Below are positions 18,491 to 28,591 of a stretch of DNA of 64,000 bases, piece by piece; within the stretch, counting starts at the first letter, position 1, and each line of letters begins with the position of its first letter. The notes under the pieces are model-generated. The model worked only from the letters and a program-made list of their open reading frames with translations, ran no database searches and had not been told where the DNA came from. The position numbers were made by a program, and so were the translations under genes. The DNA is from Candidatus Latescibacterota bacterium. GTDB taxonomy: Bacteria > Latescibacterota > UBA2968 > UBA8231. The stretch covers positions 1,856,001 to 1,920,000 of the forward strand of contig CBDCDC010000002.1 in assembly GCA_965215195.1 (NCBI GenBank). Direction: 5' to 3'.

Positions 18491-19681
18491 ATGAGCTTAC
18501 AACAGCGCCATATCCTGCTCGGGATCACCGGCGGCATTGCCGCGTACAAGACGCCGGAGATCGTGCGGCTGCTGACGGCTGGCGGGGCCGAAGTGCGGGT
18601 AGTGCTGACCCGTGCGGCTGGCGAGTTTGTCGCGCCCAAGACGTTGGAGGTGCTTTCTCGCCATTTGGTGTACAGCGACTTGTTCAGCCGCGACGCGGAA
18701 TTTCCCGTTCTGCACGTAGGGTTAGCCGAGTGGGCCGACTTGATTTTGGTGGCCCCGACCACGGCGCACTGCTTGGGGCGCGTAGCCGGCGGCTTGGCCG
18801 ACGACTTGCTCACCGCGGTGTTGTTGTGCGCGGACGTGCCCGTCCTGCTGGCCCCGTCAATGGAGGAGAACATGTTTGCCAATCCCGCGGTGCAAGCCAA
18901 TGTGCAGACCTTGGCGCAGCGGGGGTTCCACCTGCTCAACCCGGGGGTAGGGCCTTTGGCCTCGGGTGCGGTTGGCCGCGGGCGGATGCCCGAGCCGGCC
19001 GAGTTGGTCGCGGCCGTGGCGGCGCATTGCAGCGGCGACTTGGATGGGCTGAAGCTGCTAATAACGGCCGGGCCCACGGTCGAGGACCTCGATCCGGTGC
19101 GCTTTATTTCTAATCGCTCGTCCGGCAAGATGGGCTATGCGCTAGCCGAGCGAGCCGCTGCCCGCGGGGGGCGCGTGTGGCTGGTCTCCGGGCCGACTTC
19201 ACTGCCCGCGCCTGCTGGCGTAGAGCGGCAGTTGGTGCGCTCAGCGCTCGACATGCAGTGCGCCGTGGAATCCTTGTTCGAGCAAGTAGATGGGGCGATT
19301 TTGGCGGCGGCCCCGGCCGACTACCGCGCCAAGGAGGTGGCCGCGCAAAAAATCAAGCGCGGCGCAGCGTCTTGCTCTATTGAGTTGGTCGAAAACCCGG
19401 ACATTGCCGCCGGGCTGGGTCGGCGCAAGGGCCAGCGGTTGCTGGTCGTCTTTGCGATGGAGACGGAAAAGGGGCCGGAGCGGGCGCGGGAGAAGCTAGT
19501 GCGCAAAGGGGGCGACTTAATCGCGCTCAACATGCTCAACGACGAGGGAGCTGGTTTTGCCGGCGACACCAACCGCGTTACCCTGATCGACATCGCCGGC
19601 CGCGAGGAAGCCCTGCCCCTGTTGAGCAAATCCGCGGTCGCCGACCGCATCCTCGACTGGGTGCGAGCGCGGCGCAGTTGA
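18491..19681 (+). CDS. coaBC: Bifunctional phosphopantothenoylcysteine decarboxylase / phosphopantothenate-cysteine ligase
   Basis: 'GITGGIAAYK', 'APSMEENM', 'TAGPTVEDLDPVRFISNRSSGKMG', 'NPDI', 'GFAGDTN'. Confidence 0.96.
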   Translation: MSLQQRHILLGITGGIAAYKTPEIVRLLTAGGAEVRVVLTRAAGEFVAPKTLEVLSRHLVYSDLFSRDAEFPVLHVGLAEWADLILVAPTTAHCLGRVAGGLADDLLTAVLLCADVPVLLAPSMEENMFANPAVQANVQTLAQRGFHLLNPGVGPLASGAVGRGRMPEPAELVAAVAAHCSGDLDGLKLLITAGPTVEDLDPVRFISNRSSGKMGYALAERAAARGGRVWLVSGPTSLPAPAGVERQLVRSALDMQCAVESLFEQVDGAILAAAPADYRAKEVAAQKIKRGAASCSIELVENPDIAAGLGRRKGQRLLVVFAMETEKGPERAREKLVRKGGDLIALNMLNDEGAGFAGDTNRVTLIDIAGREEALPLLSKSAVADRILDWVRARRS

Positions 19682-19712
19682 GGCGGTTTTGCAGTGAGGG
19701 AACGCTTGTGAT

Positions 19713-20137
19713 ATGAGAGTGTACCTCGATAACTGTTGCTTCAACCGCCCGTTTGACGACCAGCGGCAGATACGCGTGCGATTAGAAGCAGAAGCCATGT
19801 TGTACATTGAGGATTGCATTCGCAAGGGTATGTTTGAACTCGTCTGGTCCTACATGCTGGACTTTGAGAATGCAGCCAACCCTTTTGACGAGCGACGCAC
19901 GACGATTAGCGGTTGGCGGCAATATGCGGCGATAGATGTCAAGGAGACCCCGCCGATCCTCCAACAGGCCAACAAACTGGCTGATGCAGGACTGAAAGCA
20001 AAGGATGCCTTGCATATTGCCTGTGCCATTGTCCGTATTTCGTGACGACGGACGACGACCTCCTCAAGCGTCAGCAAGATATACAGGATACTGCGATTAT
20101 CGATCCAACCGCGTTTGTCCGGGAGAATAACTTATGA
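19713..20137 (+). pseudogene. PIN-domain toxin, frameshifted near the 3' end
   Basis: MRVYLDNCCFNRPFDDQ...DALHIACAI stops at 20045. The expected continuation YFVTTDDDLLKR...IIDPTAFVRENNL* is in another frame and ends at TGA 20137, overlapping the next ATG. Confidence 0.8.
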
Positions 20138-20358
20138 GCACCGATACCGAGGTTCGCGTCCGCGGCTTTAGTGCCTTAGTAGAGGCCCTGGGGCCTGTGG
20201 AAGCCGAGCGCTTTATTGCCTTACTGTTGCGCGAACCGTTCGACTATACTCAGTGGCAGCGATCGTTGTGGGCCGAGCAGGGAGTACATGAACTTAGCCA
20301 AGCGGCCATGACCCTGCGGTGTGCCTCGCCGAATGAAGGCATGGAGCCGGAAAGCTAA
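20134..20358 (+). CDS. Small putative antitoxin partner of the PIN-domain protein
   Basis: 'TDTEVRVRGFSALVEALGPVEAERFIALLLREPFDYTQW' resembles small proteins found next to YLDNCCFNRP-type PIN genes; ATGA overlap. Confidence 0.7.
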   Translation: MSTDTEVRVRGFSALVEALGPVEAERFIALLLREPFDYTQWQRSLWAEQGVHELSQAAMTLRCASPNEGMEPES

Positions 20359-20380
20359 AGATACCCGTGCGGGCTAGCAC

Positions 20381-20573
20381 TTCGTGGGCAAAGCCGGTCA
20401 ACTACTGACCAAGATCATCGAGGCTATGGGCCTATCCCGCGGCAAGGTTTATATCTGCAACATACTCAAGTGCCGCCCGCCGAATAACCGCGACCCTTGC
20501 CCTGTTGAGCAAATCCGCGGTCGCCGATCGCATCCTCGACTGGGTGCGAGCGCGGCGGGCACCGGGCGGTTGA
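20381..20573 (+). repeat. Chimeric duplication scar: internal udg fragment fused to a copy of the coaBC 3' end
   Basis: 20381-20494 matches udg 22453-22566; 20495-20557 matches coaBC 19611-19674; the two are joined at a CC(C/T)TGCCC microhomology. Confidence 0.9.
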
Positions 20574-20640
20574 CAGGGTTGCGGAAGGCGGATATGTACC
20601 TACTGAAAGCAGGCGAGATTCAGGCAACCCATTCCCGACC

Positions 20641-22014
20641 ATGGAGGACCATGTGAGCACCCCCATTGACCAGTTATCGCTTTTTGCCGATGAGACCCCG
20701 CCCACGCGAGAAGACACTGTCAAAAGCTGGGGAACGTTTAAGGACAGCCTCCGAGCTCCTGTTCACCGGTGGTTTACGTACCCTGCTGGCTTTTCATACA
20801 AGGCTGTAGCGCATTCATTTGAGCGGTTTGGAATTGCCAAGGGAATGATCGTTTACGATCCTTTCATGGGTTCGGGGACGACAAATGTAACGGCCAAGGC
20901 AATGGGCATTGATTCCGTCGGAACCGAAGCGCATCCTTTCGTGTACGAAATAGCAAAGGCAAAAATGGAATGGGAGGTTGATAAAAAGGCGATTAGAGCA
21001 TTTATCGATCACTTAAATGAAAACTTTGAATCCCGATATAGTGCTTTAACTGGAAATACTAATTTTGCGATATCTAATCACTTTCCAGAATTAGTATTAA
21101 AGTGCTACAAAAAAGAAACATTGAGTAAACTTCTTACCTTGAAAAAAATATATAATGACTACGAATTTCCCCCAAGGGAAAGCATGTTTATTTTTGTCGT
21201 ATTGACGTCCTTGCTTAGAGAAGTTTCCAGCGCAGCCACAGGATGGCCTTATATCGCGCCAAAAAAGGAAAAAATCACCTCTGAAGATAAAGATGCTCTG
21301 CTAGAATTTAACGCACTTGCAATGTCTATGCTAGGCGATCTTACAGCTATTAAAAGATGGGCTGATGAAGAGTACCTAAAATCAAAACATCGCTTAATTT
21401 TTGGTAGCTCTACGGACGTATCGGCGCATCTCTCTAACGAGAGCGTGGACCACGTTTTCACTTCTCCTCCGTACTTGAACAATTTTGACTACTCTGATAG
21501 GACGCGACTGGAACTCTACTTTTGGGGATTTGCAAAAAACTGGAAGGATATTACGGATAAAGTGCGATCTAAGTTAATGACATCCGCCACAACTCAAATA
21601 GCGAGGAGTGATCCCAAGTATTCACTAGACGAAGAGATCAAAGAAAATAGTCCCGCAATAGCGCGATTCATACAAGAAGCTGCAAATAAACTGAGCGAAT
21701 TGCGAAAAATCAAAGGCGGAAAGAAAAGCTATGACCTCATGATAATTGGATATTTTAATGACATTTACAAGGTGGTAAAGGAAGTATATAGGGTACTGAA
21801 ACCCGGTTCTAGTGCCTTGTTTGTGTTGGGCGATTCTGCGCCTTATGGCGTTCACATTCCAACGGATAGGCTAATCGGAGAAATAGGTTGCTTGATTGGC
21901 TTTAAGTCCTATTCGTTAGAGGTGCTGCGCAAAAGAGGCGACAAGTGGAAGGCAAATCCTCAGAGGCATGGAGTATTTTTACAAGAATCCATTGTCATAT
22001 TAGAAAAGGGGTGA
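20641..22014 (+). CDS. Site-specific DNA methyltransferase (amino-MTase, probably N4-cytosine)
   Basis: Motif [10 protein letters not shown] and motif IV TSPPY; '[13 protein letters not shown]'; markedly AT-rich. Confidence 0.9.
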   Translation: MEDHVSTPIDQLSLFADETPPTREDTVKSWGTFKDSLRAPVHRWFTYPAGFSYKAVAHSFERFGIAKGMIVYDPFMGSGTTNVTAKAMGIDSVGTEAHPFVYEIAKAKMEWEVDKKAIRAFIDHLNENFESRYSALTGNTNFAISNHFPELVLKCYKKETLSKLLTLKKIYNDYEFPPRESMFIFVVLTSLLREVSSAATGWPYIAPKKEKITSEDKDALLEFNALAMSMLGDLTAIKRWADEEYLKSKHRLIFGSSTDVSAHLSNESVDHVFTSPPYLNNFDYSDRTRLELYFWGFAKNWKDITDKVRSKLMTSATTQIARSDPKYSLDEEIKENSPAIARFIQEAANKLSELRKIKGGKKSYDLMIIGYFNDIYKVVKEVYRVLKPGSSALFVLGDSAPYGVHIPTDRLIGEIGCLIGFKSYSLEVLRKRGDKWKANPQRHGVFLQESIVILEKG

Positions 22015-22017
22015 AAG

Positions 22018-22149
22018 ATGAATTATACGGTTGTTGCATCCGTTGCTAATCCTGGAAGTGCATTAGGAGAAGCCATCGGTTCTTCTATGGAAAACGCACT
22101 AAAAAAATTGCTGAATGATTTGGAAATTCCGCCGAAATTTGACGATTAA
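22018..22149 (+). pseudogene. Truncated 5' stub of the probable cognate restriction endonuclease (43 aa)
   Basis: ATG 3 nt after the MTase stop, same AT-rich composition; MNYTVVASVANPGSALGEAIGSSMENALKKLL...*; identity inferred from position. Confidence 0.5.
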
Positions 22150-22164
22150 ACAGAGGATGTCTCC

Positions 22165-22848
22165 ATGCAAGAGCGAAGCGAAGACGCCCTAGCCGAGGCC
22201 CGGCGCTATCTGTCCGACTTAGTGGCTTTTGAAGGGACCCAATTCACTGCACCGGAGTCGGTTGTCGCGACCGGCGCGGCCGAACCAGTGGCCGGTGCTT
22301 TAGAGGCCTTTCGCCGCCAGATCTGCGAATGCACCCGCTGTCGGCTGGGTGCGACGCGGCAACAGTTCGTGTTTGGCAGCGGCGATCCCGCGGCCGGCAT
22401 TATGTTCATCGGCGAGGCCCCAGGGGCCGAGGAAGACCGCGCCGGCCAGCCCTTTGTAGGCAAAGCCGGTCAACTGCTGACCAAGATCATCGAGGCCATG
22501 GGCCTGTCCCGCGACGAGGTCTATATATGCAACATACTCAAGTGCCGCCCGCCGAATAACCGCGACCCCCTGCCCGACGAAATCGAGCAATGCGAGCCAT
22601 ATCTCAAGCGCCAGATCGAAATCGTCCAGCCCCGCGTCATCTGCACCTTGGGCCGCTTTGCCGCGCAGACCCTGCTCCGCAGCCGCGAGCCCATGGGCCG
22701 CTTGCGCGGCCAGTCGCACCACTACGAGGGCATCCCCTTGGTGGCCACGTACCACCCGGCCGCCCTCTTGCGCAACCCCCAGTGGAAGCGCCCGACTTGG
22801 GAGGACGTCAAGCGGGTGCGGAAGCTCTACGACGGAGTCGAACTCTAA
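22165..22848 (+). CDS. udg: Uracil-DNA glycosylase family 4 (Fe-S type)
   Basis: [43 protein letters not shown]. Confidence 0.95.
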   Translation: MQERSEDALAEARRYLSDLVAFEGTQFTAPESVVATGAAEPVAGALEAFRRQICECTRCRLGATRQQFVFGSGDPAAGIMFIGEAPGAEEDRAGQPFVGKAGQLLTKIIEAMGLSRDEVYICNILKCRPPNNRDPLPDEIEQCEPYLKRQIEIVQPRVICTLGRFAAQTLLRSREPMGRLRGQSHHYEGIPLVATYHPAALLRNPQWKRPTWEDVKRVRKLYDGVEL

Positions 22849-22865
22849 GTTTTTGGAGCCACACC

Positions 22866-24248
22866 ATGACCCAGAATCCAATGGAGGCGCAGGCTCTCGG
22901 GCGGATGCCGCCACAGGCCGTAGAGGTTGAGCAGGCCGTGCTCGGGGCGATGATGCTAGAGCAGCGGGCCATTGTCCGCGCCGTTGAAATCCTCGACGAA
23001 AGCTGTTTCTACCACGCCCCGCACAGCCGGATATTTGCAGCCATGATCGACCTTTTTGAGCGGGGCACGGCCGTTGATCAGCTAACCTTGACCGAGGAGC
23101 TCAAGCGCCGCGGCCAGCTTGGCGATGTCGGCGGAGTCGTCTATCTGGCCAAGCTAGGGTCTGAAGTGGCCACGACGGCCAATATCGACTTTCACGCGCA
23201 GATCGTTTTGGAGAAGGCACTGAGCCGCAAGTTGATCGAGACCGCCAGCGAGGTCATCGAGCGGGCCTACGCGGCCGACGAGGACGTCCAGACCTTGATC
23301 GACAAGGCCGAGCAGCAGCTTTTCAGCCTGAGCGAAAACCAACTCGGCGACGGCTTTGAGCCCCTGACCAAGGTGATGGGCGAAGCGTTCGAGCACATTG
23401 AGCGCATCCACGCGAAGACGGGCACGGTCTTGGGGGTGGATACGGGGTTTCCCGCGCTCAACGAGCTGACGTCGGGCTTTCAGAAGGGCGATCTGGTCAT
23501 CCTCGCGGCGCGGCCCAGCGTCGGCAAGACGGCCCTCGCGCTGACGCTGGGCCGCAACGCGGCCGTGGAGGCCGGGGTCGGGGTGGCGATTTTCAGCTTG
23601 GAAATGTCTAAGATGCAACTGGCCCAGCGCCTGCTCAGCGCGGAGACCAAGGTCGATTTGCACAAGCTGCGCACCGGCCGGCTGCGCGAGGAAGACTGGA
23701 TACACCTAACGCGCAATATCGACCGCTTGGCCCAAGCGCCGATCTACATCGACGACACGCCCGGCATCTCGGTGCTCGAAGCGCGGGCCAAGGCGCGGCG
23801 GCTACAGCGCGAGTACGGGATCGGCATGGTGGTCATCGACTATCTCCAGCTCATGAGCGGGCACATTCGGGCGCAGAGCCGCGAGCAGGAGATTTCGCAT
23901 ATCTCGCGCGGTCTCAAGGCCATGGCCAAAGAATTAGACGTGCCGGTCTTGGCCTTGTCGCAGTTGTCGCGCGCCGTAGAAAGCCGCACGGACCGCCGGC
24001 CACAGCTATCGGACCTGCGGGAGTCGGGCAGCTTGGAGCAGGACGCCGATGTGGTGATGTTCATCTATCGCCCGGAGATGTACGGGCTCAAGTCCCCGGA
24101 TGGCGAAAGCCTCGAAGGCATTGCCCAGATCATCATCGGCAAGCAGCGCAACGGCCCGGTTGACTCCGTGGATTTGATGTGGCACAAGGAAAGTGCTGCG
24201 TACGAGGCGATGGCACCCGAGTGGCGGACGGAGCCGGAAGAGTATTAG
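22866..24248 (+). CDS. dnaB: Replicative DNA helicase
   Basis: 'PPQAVEVEQAVLG', AARPSVGKT, FSLEM, IDYLQLM, 'LSQLSR', 'DLRESGSLEQDAD', KQRNGP. Confidence 0.97.
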   Translation: MTQNPMEAQALGRMPPQAVEVEQAVLGAMMLEQRAIVRAVEILDESCFYHAPHSRIFAAMIDLFERGTAVDQLTLTEELKRRGQLGDVGGVVYLAKLGSEVATTANIDFHAQIVLEKALSRKLIETASEVIERAYAADEDVQTLIDKAEQQLFSLSENQLGDGFEPLTKVMGEAFEHIERIHAKTGTVLGVDTGFPALNELTSGFQKGDLVILAARPSVGKTALALTLGRNAAVEAGVGVAIFSLEMSKMQLAQRLLSAETKVDLHKLRTGRLREEDWIHLTRNIDRLAQAPIYIDDTPGISVLEARAKARRLQREYGIGMVVIDYLQLMSGHIRAQSREQEISHISRGLKAMAKELDVPVLALSQLSRAVESRTDRRPQLSDLRESGSLEQDADVVMFIYRPEMYGLKSPDGESLEGIAQIIIGKQRNGPVDSVDLMWHKESAAYEAMAPEWRTEPEEY

Positions 24249-24256
24249 TCGGGTCC

Positions 24257-25258
24257 ATGTTCATCGACGAAATGACCATCACGGTGGAGTCGGGCGGCGG
24301 CGGCAGTGGCTGCTGTTCGTTTCGGCGCGAGAAGTACGTGCCGCGAGGCGGGCCGGACGGGGGCGACGGAGGCGACGGGGGGAACGTGATCTTCCGCGTC
24401 GATGCCCAGCTCAACACGCTGCACGACTTCCGCTACCAACGCCACATCCGCGCCGGTCGCGGTGCCCACGGCGAGGGCAAGCGCAGGACGGGCCAGCGCG
24501 GCCAGCACGCGGTCATCTGCGTGCCGCCGGGCACCATCCTGCGCGACGAAAAGGGCTCGCTGATCCGCGACATGGTCGAGGACGGGCAGGAGCTGGTGCT
24601 GCTGGCGGGTGGGCGCGGGGGCCGGGGCAATGCTCGCTTTACCACGTCCCGCGTACAGGCTCCGCGGCGCACCGACCCCGGGCAAGAGGGCGGGCAAATG
24701 GTGGTGCGGCTCGAGCTGAAGTTGCTGGCGGATGTGGGGCTGGTGGGCTTCCCCAACGCGGGCAAATCCACGCTGCTGGCGCGGCTTTCCGCGGCTCGTC
24801 CCAAAATTGCCGACTATCCCTTTACGACCTTGGAGCCGAACTTGGGGATCGTGCAGTGGGCCGAGGGCGAGAGTTTTGTGTTAGCCGACTTGCCCGGGCT
24901 GATCGAGGGGGCCCATGCGGGCAAGGGCTTGGGCACGCGGTTTTTGCGCCACATCGAGCGCACGCGCATCCTGCTGTTTGCCATTGATTGCACCAGCCCG
25001 GATCCGCGCGGCGAATTGGAGGCCCTCCGCCGCGAGCTGGAATTTTTCGACGACGGAATGCGCCACAAGCCCGCTGGCATCGCCCGGACCAAGGCCGACT
25101 TGCTGGGGCCGGACGCGGCGTTCAAAGACCCATTCGCCGACCTGCGCACGCCGCGCTTTTTGATTTCGGCTGTCAGCGGTCGCGGGGTGCCCGAGATGCT
25201 GCGCGGGGTGGGGCAGGCGGTGAAGAAGTTGCGCGCTGCGGAGCAAGACGCTCCATGA
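24257..25258 (+). CDS. obgE: GTPase ObgE/CgtA
   Basis: MFIDE, FRREKYVPRGGPDGGDGG, GFPNAGKST, YPFTTLEPNLG, DLPGLIEGA. Confidence 0.96.
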   Translation: MFIDEMTITVESGGGGSGCCSFRREKYVPRGGPDGGDGGDGGNVIFRVDAQLNTLHDFRYQRHIRAGRGAHGEGKRRTGQRGQHAVICVPPGTILRDEKGSLIRDMVEDGQELVLLAGGRGGRGNARFTTSRVQAPRRTDPGQEGGQMVVRLELKLLADVGLVGFPNAGKSTLLARLSAARPKIADYPFTTLEPNLGIVQWAEGESFVLADLPGLIEGAHAGKGLGTRFLRHIERTRILLFAIDCTSPDPRGELEALRRELEFFDDGMRHKPAGIARTKADLLGPDAAFKDPFADLRTPRFLISAVSGRGVPEMLRGVGQAVKKLRAAEQDAP

Positions 25259-26502
25259 GGGACTTCGCGGAACCGCTGCCCCAAGCGGCTCTGAATATTG
25301 AAGGGCGGAAGCGCTCCAATATTTTCGCGTGGCGGGGACAGTTTTCTCCCCAGCTCGTGGAATCTCTGCTCGTCGAGTACTGTCCTCCAGATTCGCTCGT
25401 CGTCGATCCATTTGCCGGAAGTGGGACCGTTCTCCACGAAGCGGCTCGCAGGTCTCTTCCGGCCTTCGGATTTGAGATAAACCCATCCGCGTGGTGTTTC
25501 AGCAAGCTCTACGAACTTACGGCCGTGTCTCAAGAAACGCGGCGAGAAGCGACCTTGGAGCTCCAAGACCAGATAAATCGGGAATTTCCGCTCGCCTTCT
25601 TCTCCGAGGATCGCGAATTGGGGGAAGAAGAGGTCAAAGAAAAGGTGATTCGCATGGGTGAATCGCTCACTGCGCGGGCCAAAATCATATGCAATGCACT
25701 GGTCGTTTTGTTGGACATCTACAAGAACCGAATCTCCAGCGATTTCGTGCAGAGTCGGTTCGGCTCCTTGGTGTCGCTGATACGGAGATTGCCGCTTGCG
25801 GACCGCCCGATCAAGGCGGATCTGCAGGACGCGAGGGCGCTCCCCCTTTCCAATGGGTTGGTCGATTTCGCGATCACGTCGCCACCGTACATCAACGTTT
25901 TCAACTATCACCAAAACTACAGGCGCTCAGTCGAGTTGCTCGGATGGGATCTGCTGCGCGTAGCACGGTCTGAAATCGGCTCTAATCGCGCCAATCGCGC
26001 CAATCGCTTTTGCACGGTGGTGCAGTACTGCATCGACATGGGTGGTGCGTTGCAGGAATTGGCCCGCATCCTCCGACCCGGTGGCCGTGCCATACTGATC
26101 CTTGGGCATCAATCCAAGGTGCTGGGGACGCCCTTTTTTAACGCGGATATTGTCGCACGGCTCGCCTGCGAATCGGGGATGTTCGGCCTTGCCCTCCGCC
26201 AGCAGCGCGTCTTCAAAAATCGCTATGGCGAGCCGATCCGAGAGGACGTGCTGAGCCTGCGGAAAGAGGAGCACGGGAATGCCGTCATGCCTGTCACTCT
26301 GGGGAGGAATATGGCTCGCGATTTCCTGCGCTCGGCTTTGCAGAGAGCCCCGGAGAAGAACAAGGCTCTGCTGATTGATGCTATTGATCGCATCGACCAG
26401 ATCGACGGAACGCCGATCTTTGACAGCTCATGCTACACCCACTACCAGACTAGGGCTGGCGTTGCGATGGTAAAGGAAGGCAAGCAAGCAGATGAACAGT
26501 GA
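25255..26502 (+). CDS. Type II RM DNA methyltransferase (probably N4-cytosine)
   Basis: ATG overlaps the obgE stop (ATGA); 'WRGQFSPQL', DPFAGSGT, TSPPYINVFNY. Confidence 0.88.
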   Translation: MRDFAEPLPQAALNIEGRKRSNIFAWRGQFSPQLVESLLVEYCPPDSLVVDPFAGSGTVLHEAARRSLPAFGFEINPSAWCFSKLYELTAVSQETRREATLELQDQINREFPLAFFSEDRELGEEEVKEKVIRMGESLTARAKIICNALVVLLDIYKNRISSDFVQSRFGSLVSLIRRLPLADRPIKADLQDARALPLSNGLVDFAITSPPYINVFNYHQNYRRSVELLGWDLLRVARSEIGSNRANRANRFCTVVQYCIDMGGALQELARILRPGGRAILILGHQSKVLGTPFFNADIVARLACESGMFGLALRQQRVFKNRYGEPIREDVLSLRKEEHGNAVMPVTLGRNMARDFLRSALQRAPEKNKALLIDAIDRIDQIDGTPIFDSSCYTHYQTRAGVAMVKEGKQADEQ

Positions 26503-27415
26503 GACAGTGGCTTTACCGACACCGCATCGAGATAAGCTCAAAGCTCTCCTTGAGAACAGACGGCTTCCCAGTGATGATCGGGGTCAAGTAGAAGAAGCGC
26601 TTCGTCGCTATTGCGACTGGATCGGTGAGATCGAGACGGTGGAGAGAGGGCAAAGAGATGTGGTTCAACGACTGGTGGAAGCGACGAATCGGTACAGAAA
26701 CTTTATCGACTTAGAGCTTATTTTTGACAGCCGGAAGGACTTCCTCTACCGACAGAAAGGACAGTTGAAACTCGACAATACGATCATCGAGGAGTTCCTG
26801 CCGCATTTGTTCTATCGGGGACTGAGCTTGAGGGATGACATTTTCGAGCTAGGCCCGCGCCAAACGTTTGCCGGTTTGAGCTTTGCGTCGTCGCTGGCGG
26901 AGCCGGGATCTGCAGGTTATCCACAGCTCAGGACCAAGAATCAAGATTTCGTCCTTGGAAAGCGTCTGTACATGATGCTGTCTTTTGACGAAAACTTTCT
27001 CGACGCTGAGCGCGTAGAGTCGCATCTGGGATACGTTTGCGCGGAATGCAAGATCAATCTCGATAAAACGATGTTTCAAGAGGCTGTGGCCACGAGCAGG
27101 GACCTGAAGACCGCTGTCCCTTCTTCCCTCTATTTCATCGTATGCGAATTTCTGGACATGACGCCGGTTTCTCTCACAACGACGCATATCGACGAGGTCC
27201 TAATCGTCAGAAAGGCGAAGCGGATGCCGGCAAACCTTCGTCAGGAGTACCGGACGGCAGACGAGAGACAAGCCCGCAGAGACGAGTACGTCCGCTTCCT
27301 AAAATCGTCGGAGTACTGTGTGGACGTATTTCAGCGCATGATCGACAAAGTTCAACATGTCCTAGATACGGCGGCCCCGCAGACACACGACGTGCTGAAT
27401 CGAGGGCATTTTTGA
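26492..27415 (+). CDS. Bpu10I-family type II restriction endonuclease
   Basis: 'LYRQKGQLKLDNTIIEEFLP', 'QDFVLG', 'AECKINLDKTMFQEA', 'CEFLDM', C-terminal 'RGHF'; overlaps the MTase gene. Confidence 0.85.
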   Translation: MNSETVALPTPHRDKLKALLENRRLPSDDRGQVEEALRRYCDWIGEIETVERGQRDVVQRLVEATNRYRNFIDLELIFDSRKDFLYRQKGQLKLDNTIIEEFLPHLFYRGLSLRDDIFELGPRQTFAGLSFASSLAEPGSAGYPQLRTKNQDFVLGKRLYMMLSFDENFLDAERVESHLGYVCAECKINLDKTMFQEAVATSRDLKTAVPSSLYFIVCEFLDMTPVSLTTTHIDEVLIVRKAKRMPANLRQEYRTADERQARRDEYVRFLKSSEYCVDVFQRMIDKVQHVLDTAAPQTHDVLNRGHF

Positions 27416-27435
27416 TCGCACGGGGTGGCCGTCCG

Positions 27436-28278
27436 TCATCTAAAGCCGAGGAAGCGCCGCGCGGTCTTGCCCATGATGAGTTGGCGCTGAGCGCTGCTCA
27501 GGTTGGGCAGCAGGTGGTCGAGGACCTCGACGCACTCGCCGTAGCCGGGGTCGGCTACAATCCAGGGAAAATCCGAAGCCCACAGCAGGCGTTCAGCACC
27601 AAAGGCGGCCAGCAGGCTGCGGTGCCAAGCGGCCAAGTCGAGATAGGGATAGGTCGCCTTGGTCATGGCGTATTGACCCGACAGGTGGACGCAGACGTTG
27701 GGCGAATCGGGCGCGGGATCGAGGCACCCGGTCGGCGGCGGCATCTCTACGTCGATCTGCGGGCGGCCCTTGGCATCCCAAGTAAACCGGTCCTCGCGTG
27801 GGCAGACCATGAGGTGATTGATCGCAACGCGCACTTGGGGAAAGGCGGTGAGGAACTGGGGCAGCAGCGGCGCGGCAGCGGCGCGCAGGTAGAGCCAAAG
27901 CACGTAGTCTTTGCGGGCGGCGTGTTCCCATATAGGACGGGAAAAGTCGCCGAGCGAGCGGAGTCGGAAGCCGATGATCGAGCCGTTTTCAGCGAGGCGA
28001 TCCATGTGATCGGCGGGTGCGGGTGCGTCGGGCGGGATCAAGCCGATGCCCAAGAAGCGGTCGGGATAGGTGTGCAGGCAGTGTTGTAAATAGGCGTGGT
28101 GCGCGAGGCTGGTGCCGCCGGTTTGCACGAGCACGGCCTTGTCGATGGCGTGGGCGGCCATGTGCGCCAAGAGGTCCTCAACGGGTGCTTGGCGCTCGGC
28201 GGGCATACTCGGGGTGATTTCGCGCGGGAACTCGGCGCTGGGGCGGGCGAAGACGTGCAGATGGGAGTCGATACGCAT
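27436..28278 (-). CDS. Amidohydrolase_2 family protein
   Basis: IDSHLHVF, 'AVLVQ', 'INHL', 'FGAERLLWASDFP'. Confidence 0.88.
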   Translation of the reverse strand: MRIDSHLHVFARPSAEFPREITPSMPAERQAPVEDLLAHMAAHAIDKAVLVQTGGTSLAHHAYLQHCLHTYPDRFLGIGLIPPDAPAPADHMDRLAENGSIIGFRLRSLGDFSRPIWEHAARKDYVLWLYLRAAAAPLLPQFLTAFPQVRVAINHLMVCPREDRFTWDAKGRPQIDVEMPPPTGCLDPAPDSPNVCVHLSGQYAMTKATYPYLDLAAWHRSLLAAFGAERLLWASDFPWIVADPGYGECVEVLDHLLPNLSSAQRQLIMGKTARRFLGFR

Positions 28279-28591
28279 AGTTTTAGCGGGTTGGAATGAG
28301 AGTTATTCTAAGCGACGTGAACCTGCGTCTTGGCGACCATCTTATCGGCCAACCCGTGCAGCATCCGCCGTTCTATCACTTGGCGCGTCTGGTCATCATA
28401 ATAGAAGCACCCTTGTTCGTACTCCGCCCGTTTAATGATAAACTTCGATCGGCGGTTGGACGGGAAAGTGCGTGACCCGCTCGTGGCGCGGCAGCCCCCA
28501 TTGCATTTCAGACGCCACATGAGACCTATGCAAGGAAACAGGTGTGCAACCCGCGATCATAATGTCTAGAAACAATAAGGAGCCGCAGACC

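Noticed and set aside
20384-20656. 90-aa ORF resembling UDG
   Set aside because: Read-through of the chimeric duplication scar; it lacks the UDG N-terminus and catalytic motifs
22866-24248. Possible intein in DnaB
   Set aside because: Normal length and contiguous motifs
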